From the NCBI GenBank assembly GCA_964383915.1, contig CAYLJE010000002.1, forward strand, positions 1,035 to 65,034: 64,000 nt of DNA, read 5' to 3'. The notes beneath the pieces were generated by a model. That model did not search any database. It saw only the letters and a program-made list of their open reading frames with translations, and was not told where the DNA came from. Numbering within the stretch: the stretch's first letter is position 1; each line of letters starts with the position of its first letter. Shown in pieces: positions 1-10,332 of this stretch. This stretch comes from an uncultured Rikenellaceae bacterium. GTDB lineage: Bacteria > Bacteroidota > Bacteroidia > Bacteroidales > VadinHA17. A program made the position numbers and the translations under genes.

Positions 1-603
1 TTGCATATCCCGGATTGATCTGAAATAATCTATCTGTTCTTCAGAAAAGGAGTTTTTCATGCCGGTAGTGGATTGTGAGGAAACCACATATAAAAATCCT
101 TCCCCTTCCCGGTCGATATATCTAATCCGGTCGGGTGGCGTTTGAGGAGTGATCAGAAAAATGTTTTTTATGTTATGAGCCCTGAAATCCGATTTGTAAA
201 GTTTTTTATATTCTTCCGGAGGAAGGTCCGGGATGATGACTCCGTCAATACTGATGGCTGAGATATCTTTACAGAACTTTTCCACTCCGTATTGAAATAT
301 GGGGTTCAGGTAACTCATGATCAATAAAGGGATGTCCGTTATGTTCCTGATTTCTGTCAGTCCAGCAAGGACTGCTTTTAGCGATATTCCTTTTTTTAAT
401 GCCACTGCACTACTGTGTTGTATGACAGGCCCGTCTGCAACGGGATCGGAAAAAGGAATGCCTATCTCAACCATATCCGCCCCGGTTTCAGAGAGGGCTT
501 TAATAATTTTTACCGTACTGTCCAAAGCAGGATATCCGGCGGTAAAATACACAGAGAGAACCTTTTCGGTTTTTTGTTGAAATAATCTGTCTATACGGTT
601 CAT
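1..603 (-). CDS. trpA: tryptophan synthase alpha chain (3'-partial, runs off window start)
   Basis: Absent from the ORF track because no stop lies inside the window. Reverse-strand translation from the ATG at 603..601 reads MNRIDRLFQQKTEKVLSVYFTAGYPALDSTVKIIKALSETGADMVEIGIPFSDPVADGPVIQHSS..., the TrpA N-terminal signature. It is the last gene after trpB. Confidence 0.9.
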   Translation of the reverse strand, partial: MNRIDRLFQQKTEKVLSVYFTAGYPALDSTVKIIKALSETGADMVEIGIPFSDPVADGPVIQHSSAVALKKGISLKAVLAGLTEIRNITDIPLLIMSYLNPIFQYGVEKFCKDISAISIDGVIIPDLPPEEYKKLYKSDFRAHNIKNIFLITPQTPPDRIRYIDREGEGFLYVVSSQSTTGMKNSFSEEQIDYFRSIRDMQ

Positions 604-704
604 ATTATAAAGATAAAAGATGAAAGTAAAATGATAAAAGTAGCTCAGCTCTCCGGGTTTTCGAGAAGAAAAATGATAGAAGTTTTGTAAATCTCATTAT
701 TTCA

Positions 705-1886
705 TCATTCCAAATATTTTAATATGGTTTCCAGGTCTTTGTCTCCACGGCCTGATAGATTGATGACAATGTGTTGTTGGGGTTGAAATGTTATTTTTTC
801 CAGGATGGCCAAGGCATGGGCAGATTCGAGGGCAGGGATAATCCCTTCCTGATGGGCCAGAAATCTGGCTGCATGGATAGCTTCATGGTCATTGACGGTA
901 TAAAACTCCCCCCGGTGTTCTTTAAAAAGATAACTTAACATAGGACCGATGCCCGGATAATCCAGCCCGGCAGATATTGAGTAGGGCTCGGTAATCTGTC
1001 CGTCATCATTTTGCATTACGTATGTTTTACTGCCATGGAGGATTCCTGTTTTCCCCAGGGCAATGGTTGCAGCCGTTTTTCCCGTGTCAATACCCAATCC
1101 TCCGGCTTCTACGGCCATCAGGCGCACACCGGGACGATCCAGATAATGATAATAAATACCGGAAGCATTGCTGCCTCCACCGACACAAGCGATGATAGCA
1201 TCCGGGTTTTCGCTTCCTGTTTTTTCTGCGAACTGCCATTTTACTTCTTCACTGATCACGGATTGCAGGCGGGCGACCAAATCTGGATACGGGTGCGGTC
1301 CTACCACCGAACCGATGAGATAATAAGTGTCATCAGGATGGGATATCCAGTCTCTCAGGGCTTCGTTTACGGCATCTTTTAAGGTTCCGTTCCCTTGTTC
1401 TACCGGGACAACTTTTGCTCCGAGCAGTTTCATCCGTTCCACATTGGGCTTTTGACGGGTTATATCCAGTATTCCCATATAAACCGTGCAATCCATACCC
1501 ATACGTGCAGAGACCGTTGCTGTAGCCACCCCATGCTGGCCGGCACCTGTCTCGGCAATAATCCGCTTTTTCCCCAGTTTTCTGGCCAGCAGGATCTGTC
1601 CGATGGCATTGTTGATCTTATGAGCTCCCGTGTGGGTCAGGTCTTCTCTTTTCAGATAGATATTTGTCTTATAATAAGTTGACAATCTTTCTGCAAAATA
1701 TAACGGTGTAGGACGTCCGGCATAATCCTTTAACAATGATTGATATTCTTCCCTGAAAGAAGGACTTTCCAGAACAGAAAGGTAATTTTTCTGTAGCTCC
1801 CGGATATTCGGATAAAGCATCTCAGGGATATAAGCTCCTCCGAATTCTCCGTAATAACCTTCTTTACTTACGCTTATCTTTGACAT
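705..1886 (-). CDS. trpB: tryptophan synthase beta chain
   Basis: 393 aa. Carries the PLP-lysine region HTGAHKINN and GGGSNA. Sits in the trp operon. Confidence 0.97.
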   Translation of the reverse strand: MSKISVSKEGYYGEFGGAYIPEMLYPNIRELQKNYLSVLESPSFREEYQSLLKDYAGRPTPLYFAERLSTYYKTNIYLKREDLTHTGAHKINNAIGQILLARKLGKKRIIAETGAGQHGVATATVSARMGMDCTVYMGILDITRQKPNVERMKLLGAKVVPVEQGNGTLKDAVNEALRDWISHPDDTYYLIGSVVGPHPYPDLVARLQSVISEEVKWQFAEKTGSENPDAIIACVGGGSNASGIYYHYLDRPGVRLMAVEAGGLGIDTGKTAATIALGKTGILHGSKTYVMQNDDGQITEPYSISAGLDYPGIGPMLSYLFKEHRGEFYTVNDHEAIHAARFLAHQEGIIPALESAHALAILEKITFQPQQHIVINLSGRGDKDLETILKYLE

Positions 1887-2532
1887 GGTGGTTAAGTTTT
1901 TCTATAAATGTTTCTATATGGCGGATATTTTTTTCGCCGGGGACTGTTTCAAACCGGCTATTTATATCCAGGGCATGTAACCCCGGCAGGGAGAGCGTTT
2001 CTTTATCCTTCAGGATGGATTCATCTATGCCTCCACTCAGGAAAAACGGAATATCCAGGTTGTAGTGGCGGAGGATATCCCTGTTGAATGATTTTCCACT
2101 ACCTCCATAACCGGGGATTGAGGTGTCAAACAAAAAGAAATCCGCTACCCCCGTGTAGGTTTTCAAAAGTTCATTGTCAATGGTGTCCATTATCCCAAAA
2201 GCCTTGATAATCCTGATACCGGGTTGTTCCTGTTTGATCCGCATGCAATATTCAGGACTCTCATCTCCATGTAACTGGATGTAATCGAGTGAAAAACTTT
2301 GTATGGTATGACTGACCAGGCAGGGTTCACCATTGACAAAGACCCCGACACTATGCATATCCCCAGGGATTTGTTTCAGGACATCCCTTGAAAGGTGCCC
2401 AACATAACGGGGAGACTTTTTATAAAAGATAAATCCGATGTAATCGATATCCAGTTTTATCAGTTTTTCAATATTTGCCGGATTTCTCATCCCGCATACC
2501 TTGATTTTTATTTTTCCGGTAATGTCTTTCAT
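1864..2532 (-). CDS. trpF: phosphoribosylanthranilate isomerase
   Basis: 222 aa. Starts KIKVCGM, as TrpF does. Lies between trpC and trpB, with a 23-nt overlap onto the trpB start. Confidence 0.9.
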   Translation of the reverse strand: MKDITGKIKIKVCGMRNPANIEKLIKLDIDYIGFIFYKKSPRYVGHLSRDVLKQIPGDMHSVGVFVNGEPCLVSHTIQSFSLDYIQLHGDESPEYCMRIKQEQPGIRIIKAFGIMDTIDNELLKTYTGVADFFLFDTSIPGYGGSGKSFNRDILRHYNLDIPFFLSGGIDESILKDKETLSLPGLHALDINSRFETVPGEKNIRHIETFIEKLNHHVKDKRK

Positions 2533-2541
2533 ATTTTTTGG

Positions 2542-3330
2542 TTAAATATATGATAGTTGCTTTATAAAATCGCTGCATGTTCTGCCGGGATCGGCTGTTT
2601 TCATAAATGTTTCGCCTATCAGGTAGCCGCTGTATCCGTAATCTTTCAAATGGGTAATGATCTCAGGTTTACTGATTCCGCTTTCAGATACTTTCACCAT
2701 ATGTTCCGGGATCAGGGGAGCAAGTTCCATTGATTTGCGGATGTTTACCTCGAATGTTTTCAGGTCTCTGTTGTTAACTCCCACCATATCAGCTTCTTCC
2801 GGGATTTTAGTCAGCTCCGAAGCATCATGGATCTCGAACAGGATTTCCAGCTCCAGTTTTTTAGCCAGGCGGGCGAACTTTGTTATTTCTTTCTTATCCA
2901 GGATAGCGGCGATTAACAAGATCACATCTGCACCGAAGGCTTTGGACTCGATAATCTGATATTCATCAACGATAAAATCTTTCCGAAGGACTGGGAGGGA
3001 GGTTTCTCCTCTGGTTATTATCAGATCATTCTTCCTTCCTTTGAAGAATCTTTTATCCGTGAGTATGGAAATGCCTGTGGCCCCGGATTTTTCATAACCT
3101 ATAGCAATATCTCCGGGGATAGCATATTCATGGATGGGTCCCCTGGAGGGGGAGGATCTTTTAAATTCGGCAATGATCCCGGCATTTTTTGGATCCGACA
3201 ACGCCCGTCTGAGCGATAGGGGTTTTCGGTAAAAATAAGGACATACCTTAAGAATACGTACAGGCGTTTCTTTCTTTGTATATATGAGTTCTTTTTTTTT
3301 GTGGCGGACTATTTTCTCTAGGATAGTCAT
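2542..3330 (-). CDS. trpC: indole-3-glycerol phosphate synthase
   Basis: 262 aa. AEFKRSSPS motif and (beta/alpha)8 pattern. 4-nt overlap with the trpD stop. Confidence 0.93.
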   Translation of the reverse strand: MTILEKIVRHKKKELIYTKKETPVRILKVCPYFYRKPLSLRRALSDPKNAGIIAEFKRSSPSRGPIHEYAIPGDIAIGYEKSGATGISILTDKRFFKGRKNDLIITRGETSLPVLRKDFIVDEYQIIESKAFGADVILLIAAILDKKEITKFARLAKKLELEILFEIHDASELTKIPEEADMVGVNNRDLKTFEVNIRKSMELAPLIPEHMVKVSESGISKPEIITHLKDYGYSGYLIGETFMKTADPGRTCSDFIKQLSYI

Positions 3331-4322
3331 GGTTGCAAACTAATTAATTTTTCGAAAACACGATGGGCTTTTCTTCCGAGCAAAGATTCTTTAGCCGTTT
3401 GAAGTGCCTCCTCCCGGGACATATCCGGGAAATAACATTGTAAGGCCACGGTGGCATTGGCCAGGACAACATCATTCTGGGCTGGCGTCCCTTCCCCTTG
3501 TAATATGCTCAGGAAAATAGAAGCATTTTCTTTAATATTGTTTCCTCCGGATATGTCCCGGGGTTGTATGTACCCGAGAGATATTTCAGCAGGGGTAACG
3601 TTCCGGCTTGCCCGGTTTGTCATCAATCTAAAATCTGATGTCAGGCTGATTTCATCATATCCATCCAGGGAATAGACCAGTGCATAAGAGACAGAGGTTC
3701 CCGCATATACTTCTGCATAAATATCCTGCACTTCTTTATTAAAAACGCCGATTAGCTGTTTTGCAGGCCGGGCCGGATTTACCATGGGTCCAAGGATGTT
3801 AAAAAAGGTTTTTAGTTTTAGTGCTTTTCTGACGGGTGCAACGTTTTTCAGTGCAGGATGAAAAAGAGGGGCATGCAAATAGGTGATGCCGGTTTCTTCC
3901 AGTTCTTTTTTCAGCTTTTCGTCCCTATTAGAGAACGTATATCCAAAAAACTGCATGATATCGGAAGATCCGGCTGCTGAAGAAGCGGCGGAATTCCCGT
4001 GTTTGACCACTTTGGCGCCGGCGCCGGCGACTACAAAAGCGGTGAGTGTGGAGATGTTAAATGTGTTCTTTCCGTCACCGCCAGTCCCGCATACATCCAT
4101 GATATCATATCCGTTCAGGTTGACCGGAACAGCCAGATCAAGCAGCGCATCCCTGAACCCTGTTAATTCTTCAGAGGTGATCTTTCTCATTAAATAAACT
4201 GTAAGGAACGAGGCGATCTCAATATCCGTATAAACACCCGAAGCTACTCTTGTCAATACCCCCCGTGCTTCTGTCTGATCCAGAACCTTGCCCTGCATCA
4301 GCATTTCCAGAATCTCTTTCAT
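3327..4322 (-). CDS. trpD: anthranilate phosphoribosyltransferase
   Basis: 331 aa. CGTGGDGKNTFNIST and KHGN motifs. Confidence 0.95.
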   Translation of the reverse strand: MKEILEMLMQGKVLDQTEARGVLTRVASGVYTDIEIASFLTVYLMRKITSEELTGFRDALLDLAVPVNLNGYDIMDVCGTGGDGKNTFNISTLTAFVVAGAGAKVVKHGNSAASSAAGSSDIMQFFGYTFSNRDEKLKKELEETGITYLHAPLFHPALKNVAPVRKALKLKTFFNILGPMVNPARPAKQLIGVFNKEVQDIYAEVYAGTSVSYALVYSLDGYDEISLTSDFRLMTNRASRNVTPAEISLGYIQPRDISGGNNIKENASIFLSILQGEGTPAQNDVVLANATVALQCYFPDMSREEALQTAKESLLGRKAHRVFEKLISLQP

Positions 4323-4487
4323 TTTATTAAAAGTTTAATTTCAATTTATTATGACTTTTATACTTTAGAAGACTTCTAACAATTCCTTTCTTTCAAGAAA
4401 CAAATGTGATGAACAAGATGCAAGGCATAAATTTTTCTATTTCCCTGCTCTTGTATTTTATATCTTTTTACTCTTCGCTTCATCGCA

Positions 4488-5057
4488 TCATCTTCTTATC
4501 CAATTCTCCATTATCCGGTATCCATATTTTGTCATGATGGACTCGGGGTGAAACTGCAATCCTTTGACATCATATTTTTTGTGGCTGATGCCCATAATTT
4601 GTCCCGACACATCTTCACTGTTGACTTCCAATGTGTTTGGCAGTTTCTCTCTGTCCACCACCCAGGAGTGATATCTTCCTGCCTGGATGGTCTCAGGAAT
4701 ATTCTTGAATAAAGCGTCGGTTGTCAATAGACGGATTTCTGATTTTACGCCGTGAAAAGGTTTCTCCAGGTTGAGGAGGGTGCCTCCGAAAACTTCTGCA
4801 ATAGCCTGGTGGCCTAAGCATATTCCCAAAATGCTTTTAGTAGTGCAGTATTCTTTTATAATCTGGGAGGAAAGTCCTGCCTCAGATGGGATGCCGGGCC
4901 CGGGGGAGATAATGATTTTGTCATAATATTTAATTCTTTCCAGCGGAATTTCATCATTTCTGAAAACATCTATCCTTCTGCCGGTGATGGAACGAACATA
5001 AGATACAAGATTGTAAGTAAACGAATCATAATTGTCAATGGCCACAATTTTTTTCAT
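4488..5057 (-). CDS. trpG: anthranilate synthase component II (glutamine amidotransferase)
   Basis: 189 aa. Class-I GATase triad context (GICLGHQ, FHPES). Directly downstream of trpE. Confidence 0.93.
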   Translation of the reverse strand: MKKIVAIDNYDSFTYNLVSYVRSITGRRIDVFRNDEIPLERIKYYDKIIISPGPGIPSEAGLSSQIIKEYCTTKSILGICLGHQAIAEVFGGTLLNLEKPFHGVKSEIRLLTTDALFKNIPETIQAGRYHSWVVDREKLPNTLEVNSEDVSGQIMGISHKKYDVKGLQFHPESIMTKYGYRIMENWIRR

Positions 5058-5071
5058 CTTTTTGTTGTTTT

Positions 5072-6469
5072 TTAAATCTCTCGGGCCATCAAAATGGCTT
5101 TTTTCAGGGCGGCCAGTTTATTATTAACTTCCTGTAATTCATTTTCTTCTTTGGATTTGGAGACGATGCCTGCTCCTGCCTGATAATACAGGGTATTGTT
5201 TTTGCTGAGAAAAGAACGGATCATGATGGCATGATTAAGATCTTTGTTTATGTTGATATATCCGATGGCTCCTCCGTAAAAACCGCGGGCTTGATTTTCA
5301 ATGATATCAATTAGTTGCATGGCTTTATATTTTGGGGCCCCTGTTAACGTGCCGGCCGGGAAGGTTGCTCCCAGCACTTCGGTGGCTCCGGCTTCTTTAT
5401 TTAGTTGCGCAGATACTTTTGAGACCATATGAATGACATGAGAATAAAATTGAATCTCCCTGAATTTTTCAACCCGGATATCATGGCCGTATCTGCTCAA
5501 ATCGTTGCGGGCCAGGTCCACCAGCATGATGTGCTCGGCATTTTCCTTTTCATCGTGCATCAGTTCAGAAGCTTTTATTTTATCTTCTTCATCCTTGCCG
5601 GTCCGCTTAAATGTACCGGCGATGGGATTGATGGATGCCCGGTTATTAATGACCTTAAGATGCGTTTCCGGGGAAGACCCGAAAATTTTATAATCACCGT
5701 AATCAAAATAAAAAAGGTAGGGTGAAGGGTTGATGGAGCGTAATGCTCTGTACAGATTGAAATCATCTCCCCGAAAAGTTTGTTCATATTGTCTGGATAG
5801 CACAATTTGGAATACATCCCCACGGAAACAATGTTTTTTCCCGGTTTTCACCATCGAGATAAAATCCTGGTCTGAAATATTTGAACGTTCTTCACCTACA
5901 AGTGAAAACCGGCCTTCGGAAATATTCATATTTTGTATGAACATCTCTATTTTTTCGATCCCGGACTTTTCACCGTCAAACAAATTCTCGGTGAGGTATA
6001 AGGTATTACTGAAGTGGTTGATGGTGATGATAAATTTATATAAGCTATACCGGATATCCGGAATGGTATATTTTTTTTTCTCCGGTGCTGATAGACGGAT
6101 TGTATCGAAATATTGAATAGCTTGGTATCCCATATATCCGAAAAATCCGTTGGGAGGGAAAGTGTGTCCGGGAGAAAAATCAAAACGGCTCATGAATTTA
6201 TTAAAGACGGATGCAAAAGACTCTTGCAGGAGATAATTTCGTATTTCCTGACCCTGGATATATTCAGATACATTGAAATGGTCAACGGTAATCGTGGTTA
6301 ATGGTTGCAGGCAGATGATGGACAGGCTGTCTTCGCTGCTGTGGTAGTCTGAACTCTCTAAAAGAATAGAGAGGGGGTATATTTCCCTCATCTTCAAATA
6401 TATGCTTACCGGAGTATGGGTGTCTGACAGGATCTTTTTTGTCATTGTCCTGAACCTGATTTTTTCCAT
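5072..6469 (-). CDS. trpE: anthranilate synthase component I
   Basis: 465 aa. Chorismate-binding motifs (INPSPYLFY, GAPKYKAMQLI, RGFYGGAIGY). Confidence 0.95.
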   Translation of the reverse strand: MEKIRFRTMTKKILSDTHTPVSIYLKMREIYPLSILLESSDYHSSEDSLSIICLQPLTTITVDHFNVSEYIQGQEIRNYLLQESFASVFNKFMSRFDFSPGHTFPPNGFFGYMGYQAIQYFDTIRLSAPEKKKYTIPDIRYSLYKFIITINHFSNTLYLTENLFDGEKSGIEKIEMFIQNMNISEGRFSLVGEERSNISDQDFISMVKTGKKHCFRGDVFQIVLSRQYEQTFRGDDFNLYRALRSINPSPYLFYFDYGDYKIFGSSPETHLKVINNRASINPIAGTFKRTGKDEEDKIKASELMHDEKENAEHIMLVDLARNDLSRYGHDIRVEKFREIQFYSHVIHMVSKVSAQLNKEAGATEVLGATFPAGTLTGAPKYKAMQLIDIIENQARGFYGGAIGYININKDLNHAIMIRSFLSKNNTLYYQAGAGIVSKSKEENELQEVNNKLAALKKAILMAREI

Positions 6470-6486
6470 TTTTCTGATTTTAATCC

Positions 6487-6517
6487 AAAAAAAAAGGCTT
6501 ACCGTAAACGATAAGCC
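6487..6517 (-). terminator. intrinsic terminator: attenuator terminator of the trp leader, possibly also the clpX terminator
   Basis: The minus strand reads GGCUUAUC-GUUUAC-GGUAAGCC, an 8-bp stem including one G-U, followed by nine U. It ends about 18 nt upstream of the trpE ATG. Confidence 0.8.
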
Positions 6518-6548
6518 CTGACATAGGTTTGTTTATATAGTAATCGCC

Positions 6549-6605
6549 TTACGGTAATCGGGTTATCCCGTAAAGCCAGCACCAATATGTATAATTTATA
6601 TTCAT
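6549..6605 (-). CDS. trp operon leader peptide (18 codons, two Trp codons)
   Basis: Minus-strand ORF ATG AAT ATA AAT TAT ACA TAT TGG TGC TGG CTT TAC GGG ATA ACC CGA TTA CCG TAA encodes MNINYTYWCWLYGITRLP. UGG codons are at 6584..6582 and 6578..6576. The ORF overlaps the alternative pairing segments described in the findings. Confidence 0.7.
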   Translation of the reverse strand: MNINYTYWCWLYGITRLP

Positions 6606-6658
6606 TTATTCTTTAGTCTTCGGCATAAAAGTAAAAAAATAATAATTCAAAAAAAAAT

Positions 6659-7873
6659 TCAGGCAACTTTTAATTTTTGCAGGTTAACTCCTTCCAGCTT
6701 TTGCTTGGCATATTTGAGAGTGATGTTAAGTTTTTTCCGGTTTGTGCCGGGGGTGTCAAACATGGCATCCATCATGATATTTTCGCAGATAGACCGCAGG
6801 CCACGTGCCCCCAGCTTAAATTCGATAGCTTTATCAACAATATAACTCAGAACTTCTTCATGGAAAGAAAGTTCGATTCCATCCATTTTAAACAGCTTAA
6901 TATATTGTTTTATGATAGCATTCTTTGGTTCTGTTAATATGCGGCGTAAGGCGGTCCGGTCAAGGGGGTGCAGGTAGGTGAGCACAGGAAGCCGTCCGAT
7001 AATCTCAGGAATAAGCCCGTATGTTTTCAGGTCCTGAGGGGCAATGTATTGAAGCAGGTTCTCCTTGTCGATCCGTTCACGGTTTTTAGAAGCTCCGAAG
7101 CCGACGACCTGTGTGTTGAGACGTTGGGCAATTTTTTTCTCAATACCGTCAAAGGCCCCGCCACAGATGAAAAGTATATTTTTCGTATCCACCGGGATCA
7201 TTTTTTGTTCAGGGTGTTTTCTCCCACCCTGGGGGGGCACGTTCACAATGGATCCTTCCAGCAATTTTAACAAACCTTGCTGGACTCCTTCCCCTGAGAC
7301 ATCGCGGGTGATGGAAGGATTATCGCCTTTCCGGGCGATTTTGTCCAGTTCATCAATAAAAACGATGCCTTTCTCAGCAGCAGTTACATCATAGTCGGCT
7401 GCCTGCAAAAGACGGGTCAGCAGACTTTCGATGTCTTCGCCCACATAGCCGGCTTCTGTAAGAACGGTCGCATCCACAATGGTAAAAGGTACGTGAAGCA
7501 TCTTGGCGATGGTGCGGGCAATAAGTGTTTTTCCCGTCCCTGTTTCCCCCACCAGGATAATGTTCGATTTTTCTATCTCTATATCATCCGGGGAAGGCGG
7601 TTGCATCAACCGTTTGTAGTGATTATAAACAGCTACGGAAATATATTTTTTGGCTTCTTCCTGCCCTATGACATATTGATCTAAGAACTTTTTGATTTCT
7701 GCCGGTTTTAACAATTGAAGATCATCAACCTTAAAACTGCTTTTCCCTTTCAGTTCTTCTTTCATAATCCCATAGGCCTGCTCGATACAATGGTCACATA
7801 TATATCCGCTAATGCCGGAGATAAGAAGGTTTGTATCTTTTTTTTCACGTCCGCAAAATGAACAACGTTCCAT
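6659..7873 (-). CDS. clpX: ATP-dependent Clp protease ATP-binding subunit ClpX
   Basis: 404 aa. N-terminal zinc-binding CxxC..CxxC (CSFCGR...CDHC), Walker A GETGTGKT, and an IGF-like loop context. Confidence 0.97.
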   Translation of the reverse strand: MERCSFCGREKKDTNLLISGISGYICDHCIEQAYGIMKEELKGKSSFKVDDLQLLKPAEIKKFLDQYVIGQEEAKKYISVAVYNHYKRLMQPPSPDDIEIEKSNIILVGETGTGKTLIARTIAKMLHVPFTIVDATVLTEAGYVGEDIESLLTRLLQAADYDVTAAEKGIVFIDELDKIARKGDNPSITRDVSGEGVQQGLLKLLEGSIVNVPPQGGRKHPEQKMIPVDTKNILFICGGAFDGIEKKIAQRLNTQVVGFGASKNRERIDKENLLQYIAPQDLKTYGLIPEIIGRLPVLTYLHPLDRTALRRILTEPKNAIIKQYIKLFKMDGIELSFHEEVLSYIVDKAIEFKLGARGLRSICENIMMDAMFDTPGTNRKKLNITLKYAKQKLEGVNLQKLKVA

Positions 7874-7964
7874 AAATTTTGGGTTTAAGGATAGACAAAG
7901 TTATGAAAAATAATAATAGGATTCCTTGCCCATGTCCCGGTTTTAATAAATATTTAAAATGAAA

Positions 7965-8645
7965 CTATTTTTTTTCGTTCCGGATCAGGATCTCATCAAT
8001 CATACCATATTCTTTTGCTTCTTCAGCGGTCATCCAGAAGTCCCGGTCGGAATCCTTGGTGACTTTTTTTATGGAATTTCCGCTGTGATCGGCAATGATA
8101 TTATAAAGCTCATGTTTGAGTTTAACGATTTCACGTGTAGTAATCTCTATATCGGATGCCGGTCCCTGGACTCCCCCCATGGGTTGGTGGATCATCACTC
8201 TTGCGTGTTTCAGGGCCGAGCGTTTTCCTTTTGCTCCTGCACAAAGTAAAACGGCTCCCATAGAGGCAGCGATACCAGTACAAATGGTAGCAATGTCGCA
8301 ATTGATATATTGCATGGTATCATAAATCCCCAGTCCGGCATAAACCGACCCCCCCGGCGTATTGAAATAAATCTGGATATCTTTCCCCGGATCGGAAGAT
8401 TCGAGATAAAGTAACTGGGCTTCCACAATATTGGAAACGTCATCGTCGATAGGTAATCCGATAAATATAATCCGGTCCATCATCAACCGGGAAAAGACAT
8501 CCATGGAGGCTACATTCAATTGCCTTTCTTCAATGATCGTAGGTGAGATATAGCTGTTATAGACAGAAGTGTATTTTTCCAGGCCCAGGCTATTGATGCC
8601 CATATGTTTGGTAGCAAATTTTTTAAAATCATCCTTTGTTTTCAT
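7965..8645 (-). CDS. clpP: ATP-dependent Clp protease proteolytic subunit
   Basis: 226 aa. Catalytic Ser context GIAASMGA and His context MIHQP. Confidence 0.96.
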   Translation of the reverse strand: MKTKDDFKKFATKHMGINSLGLEKYTSVYNSYISPTIIEERQLNVASMDVFSRLMMDRIIFIGLPIDDDVSNIVEAQLLYLESSDPGKDIQIYFNTPGGSVYAGLGIYDTMQYINCDIATICTGIAASMGAVLLCAGAKGKRSALKHARVMIHQPMGGVQGPASDIEITTREIVKLKHELYNIIADHSGNSIKKVTKDSDRDFWMTAEEAKEYGMIDEILIRNEKK

Positions 8646-8681
8646 AATAAATTATTTTAAGTTAGAACATAAAAGTAATAA

Positions 8682-10058
8682 CTATTTTGTTTCTTTTTCT
8701 TTTTCCTCTTTTTGCATTTTAGTAAAATCTTCCCGTGAAATTTCTTTTTCGTCCAGTTTAACCGCTGTCTTCAGGTAATCAGATACTTTATTATTCATGA
8801 TAGCGGAAACAAAACGATTATGATCTTCTTCTTTGGTCAGTCGTTCCCGGGCATACTGGGTGACCTGTTTATCAGGGAGATATCCGAGTCCGTACTGTCT
8901 GAATTGTTCTCTTGTCACGGCCATTGCATAATCATGTATTTCCTCCTCGGTAATCTTGATTGCTGTTTTTTCGGCAATATTATCCCGGATAAGTTGCCAT
9001 TTCAAGTCTTCAATAAACACAGGAAAATCTTTTTCTATTTCTTCGGGAGAAAACTTTTCTTTATTCACAGCAATAAGCCAGCGTTTGAGAAAATCTTCGG
9101 GAAGGGGCGGACGGACCAGGGAAATCATTTTCTTTCTGGCATCGGTTTGAAACCGAAGGTTACTTTCTCCATCCAGTTGCTGCCGGATAACCCCGTTGAT
9201 TTTTTTCACGAATTCCTCATGGCTTTTTATGATATCTTTGCCGAATAATTTATCATAGGTTTCCTGGTTTTCTTCTGCTTTTTGAAACCGGCGAATCCCG
9301 GTTATTTCAAACAGAAAATGAGGATGTACATCGGCCAGGCGTTCTTCTTTTATTTTCAGCATGGCTGCCCGTTCATTTTCTCCCGGAATGGCATGCTTGA
9401 TTTTCAACACTATTTTTTCTTCTTTATGTTTCCCCAACAGGGACTTTCTGGTGTTTTCATCCTTAATATCGGTGATGTTGATCACTGCGTTTTCTGTTGT
9501 AATTCCATCTTTCAGTGGTTTTCCTTCCTGATCCGTTTCTGTTAAGGTCCCTTCCACCATATTTTCTTCACCTATTTCATCCATCTCTTTCATCTCACCT
9601 AGCTGGGTGAGATAATTATCAATGGTTTCCTGTGTTAGTTGATCATCTATTGTGATTTTGTAGTATGGAACTTTGATTCTTTTGGATAAGGTGATCTCCA
9701 ATTCAGGGGATAACCCCAGATCTATGTGAAAATTGAAAATATCCTGTTTTTCCCAATCAAATTCTTCCTTTTTTTCTTCATTGGGAAGAGGTTCACCCAA
9801 TACCTTTAATTTGTTTTCTTCAATGTGCTTTGTGATGGATTCGTTTAACAGTTTGTTTACTTCATCAACCAGCACAGGCACACGGTGTAATTTGCTGATT
9901 AAACCAAAAGGGACTTTTCCCGGTCGGAACCCGTCCATCACAGCTTTTTTTCTATAGTCTTTTAGAATCTTGGTTACCCTTTCCTTATAGTCTTCCGGGG
10001 TAATCTCTATGGTCAGTGTAACATTCAGATCATCAGTGTTTTCCTGTGTTATGTTCAT
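8682..10058 (-). CDS. tig: trigger factor
   Basis: 458 aa. GFRPGKVP ribosome-binding signature. Conserved tig-clpP-clpX order. Confidence 0.93.
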   Translation of the reverse strand: MNITQENTDDLNVTLTIEITPEDYKERVTKILKDYRKKAVMDGFRPGKVPFGLISKLHRVPVLVDEVNKLLNESITKHIEENKLKVLGEPLPNEEKKEEFDWEKQDIFNFHIDLGLSPELEITLSKRIKVPYYKITIDDQLTQETIDNYLTQLGEMKEMDEIGEENMVEGTLTETDQEGKPLKDGITTENAVINITDIKDENTRKSLLGKHKEEKIVLKIKHAIPGENERAAMLKIKEERLADVHPHFLFEITGIRRFQKAEENQETYDKLFGKDIIKSHEEFVKKINGVIRQQLDGESNLRFQTDARKKMISLVRPPLPEDFLKRWLIAVNKEKFSPEEIEKDFPVFIEDLKWQLIRDNIAEKTAIKITEEEIHDYAMAVTREQFRQYGLGYLPDKQVTQYARERLTKEEDHNRFVSAIMNNKVSDYLKTAVKLDEKEISREDFTKMQKEEKEKETK

Positions 10059-10078
10059 TTTCTTGTGGTTAAATTGTT

Positions 10079-10100
10079 AAAAAAACCGCTTTTTCAGCGG
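10079..10100 (-). terminator. short intrinsic terminator downstream of tRNA-Leu
   Basis: The minus strand reads CCGCU-GAAAA-AGCGG followed by seven U. The stem is only 5 bp. Confidence 0.45.
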
Positions 10101-10121
10101 TCTGTAATATCTTTTTAATAG

Positions 10122-10203
10122 TGCGGATGAAGGGACTCGAACCCCCACGCCCGAAGGCACCAGATCCTAAGTCTGACGCGTCTACCAATTCCGCCACACC
10201 CGC
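10122..10203 (-). tRNA. tRNA-Leu (anticodon UAG), class II with long variable arm
   Basis: The reverse complement GCGGGTGTGGCGGAATTGGTAGACGCGTCAGACTTAGGATCTGGTGCCTTCGGGCGTGGGGGTTCGAGTCCCTTCATCCGCA folds by hand into a cloverleaf. The D-arm GGCGGAATTGGTAGACGCG is typical of bacterial tRNA-Leu. The anticodon loop is CUUAGGA. Confidence 0.92.
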
Positions 10204-10332
10204 AAAATTTCCCGCAAAGATAGGAATTTTTTTCTTCCTGAAAATCAAATAAGATATCTCTACGGTGGTTCAGGTGTGAAAGTTCAATCATAAGATATTT
10301 TTTTAATTTTGTTCTGAAGAAATTTATAAATA

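Noticed and set aside
317-580. 87-aa + strand ORF at the window start
   Set aside because: It lies antisense within trpA, whose reverse-strand translation carries the TrpA signature.
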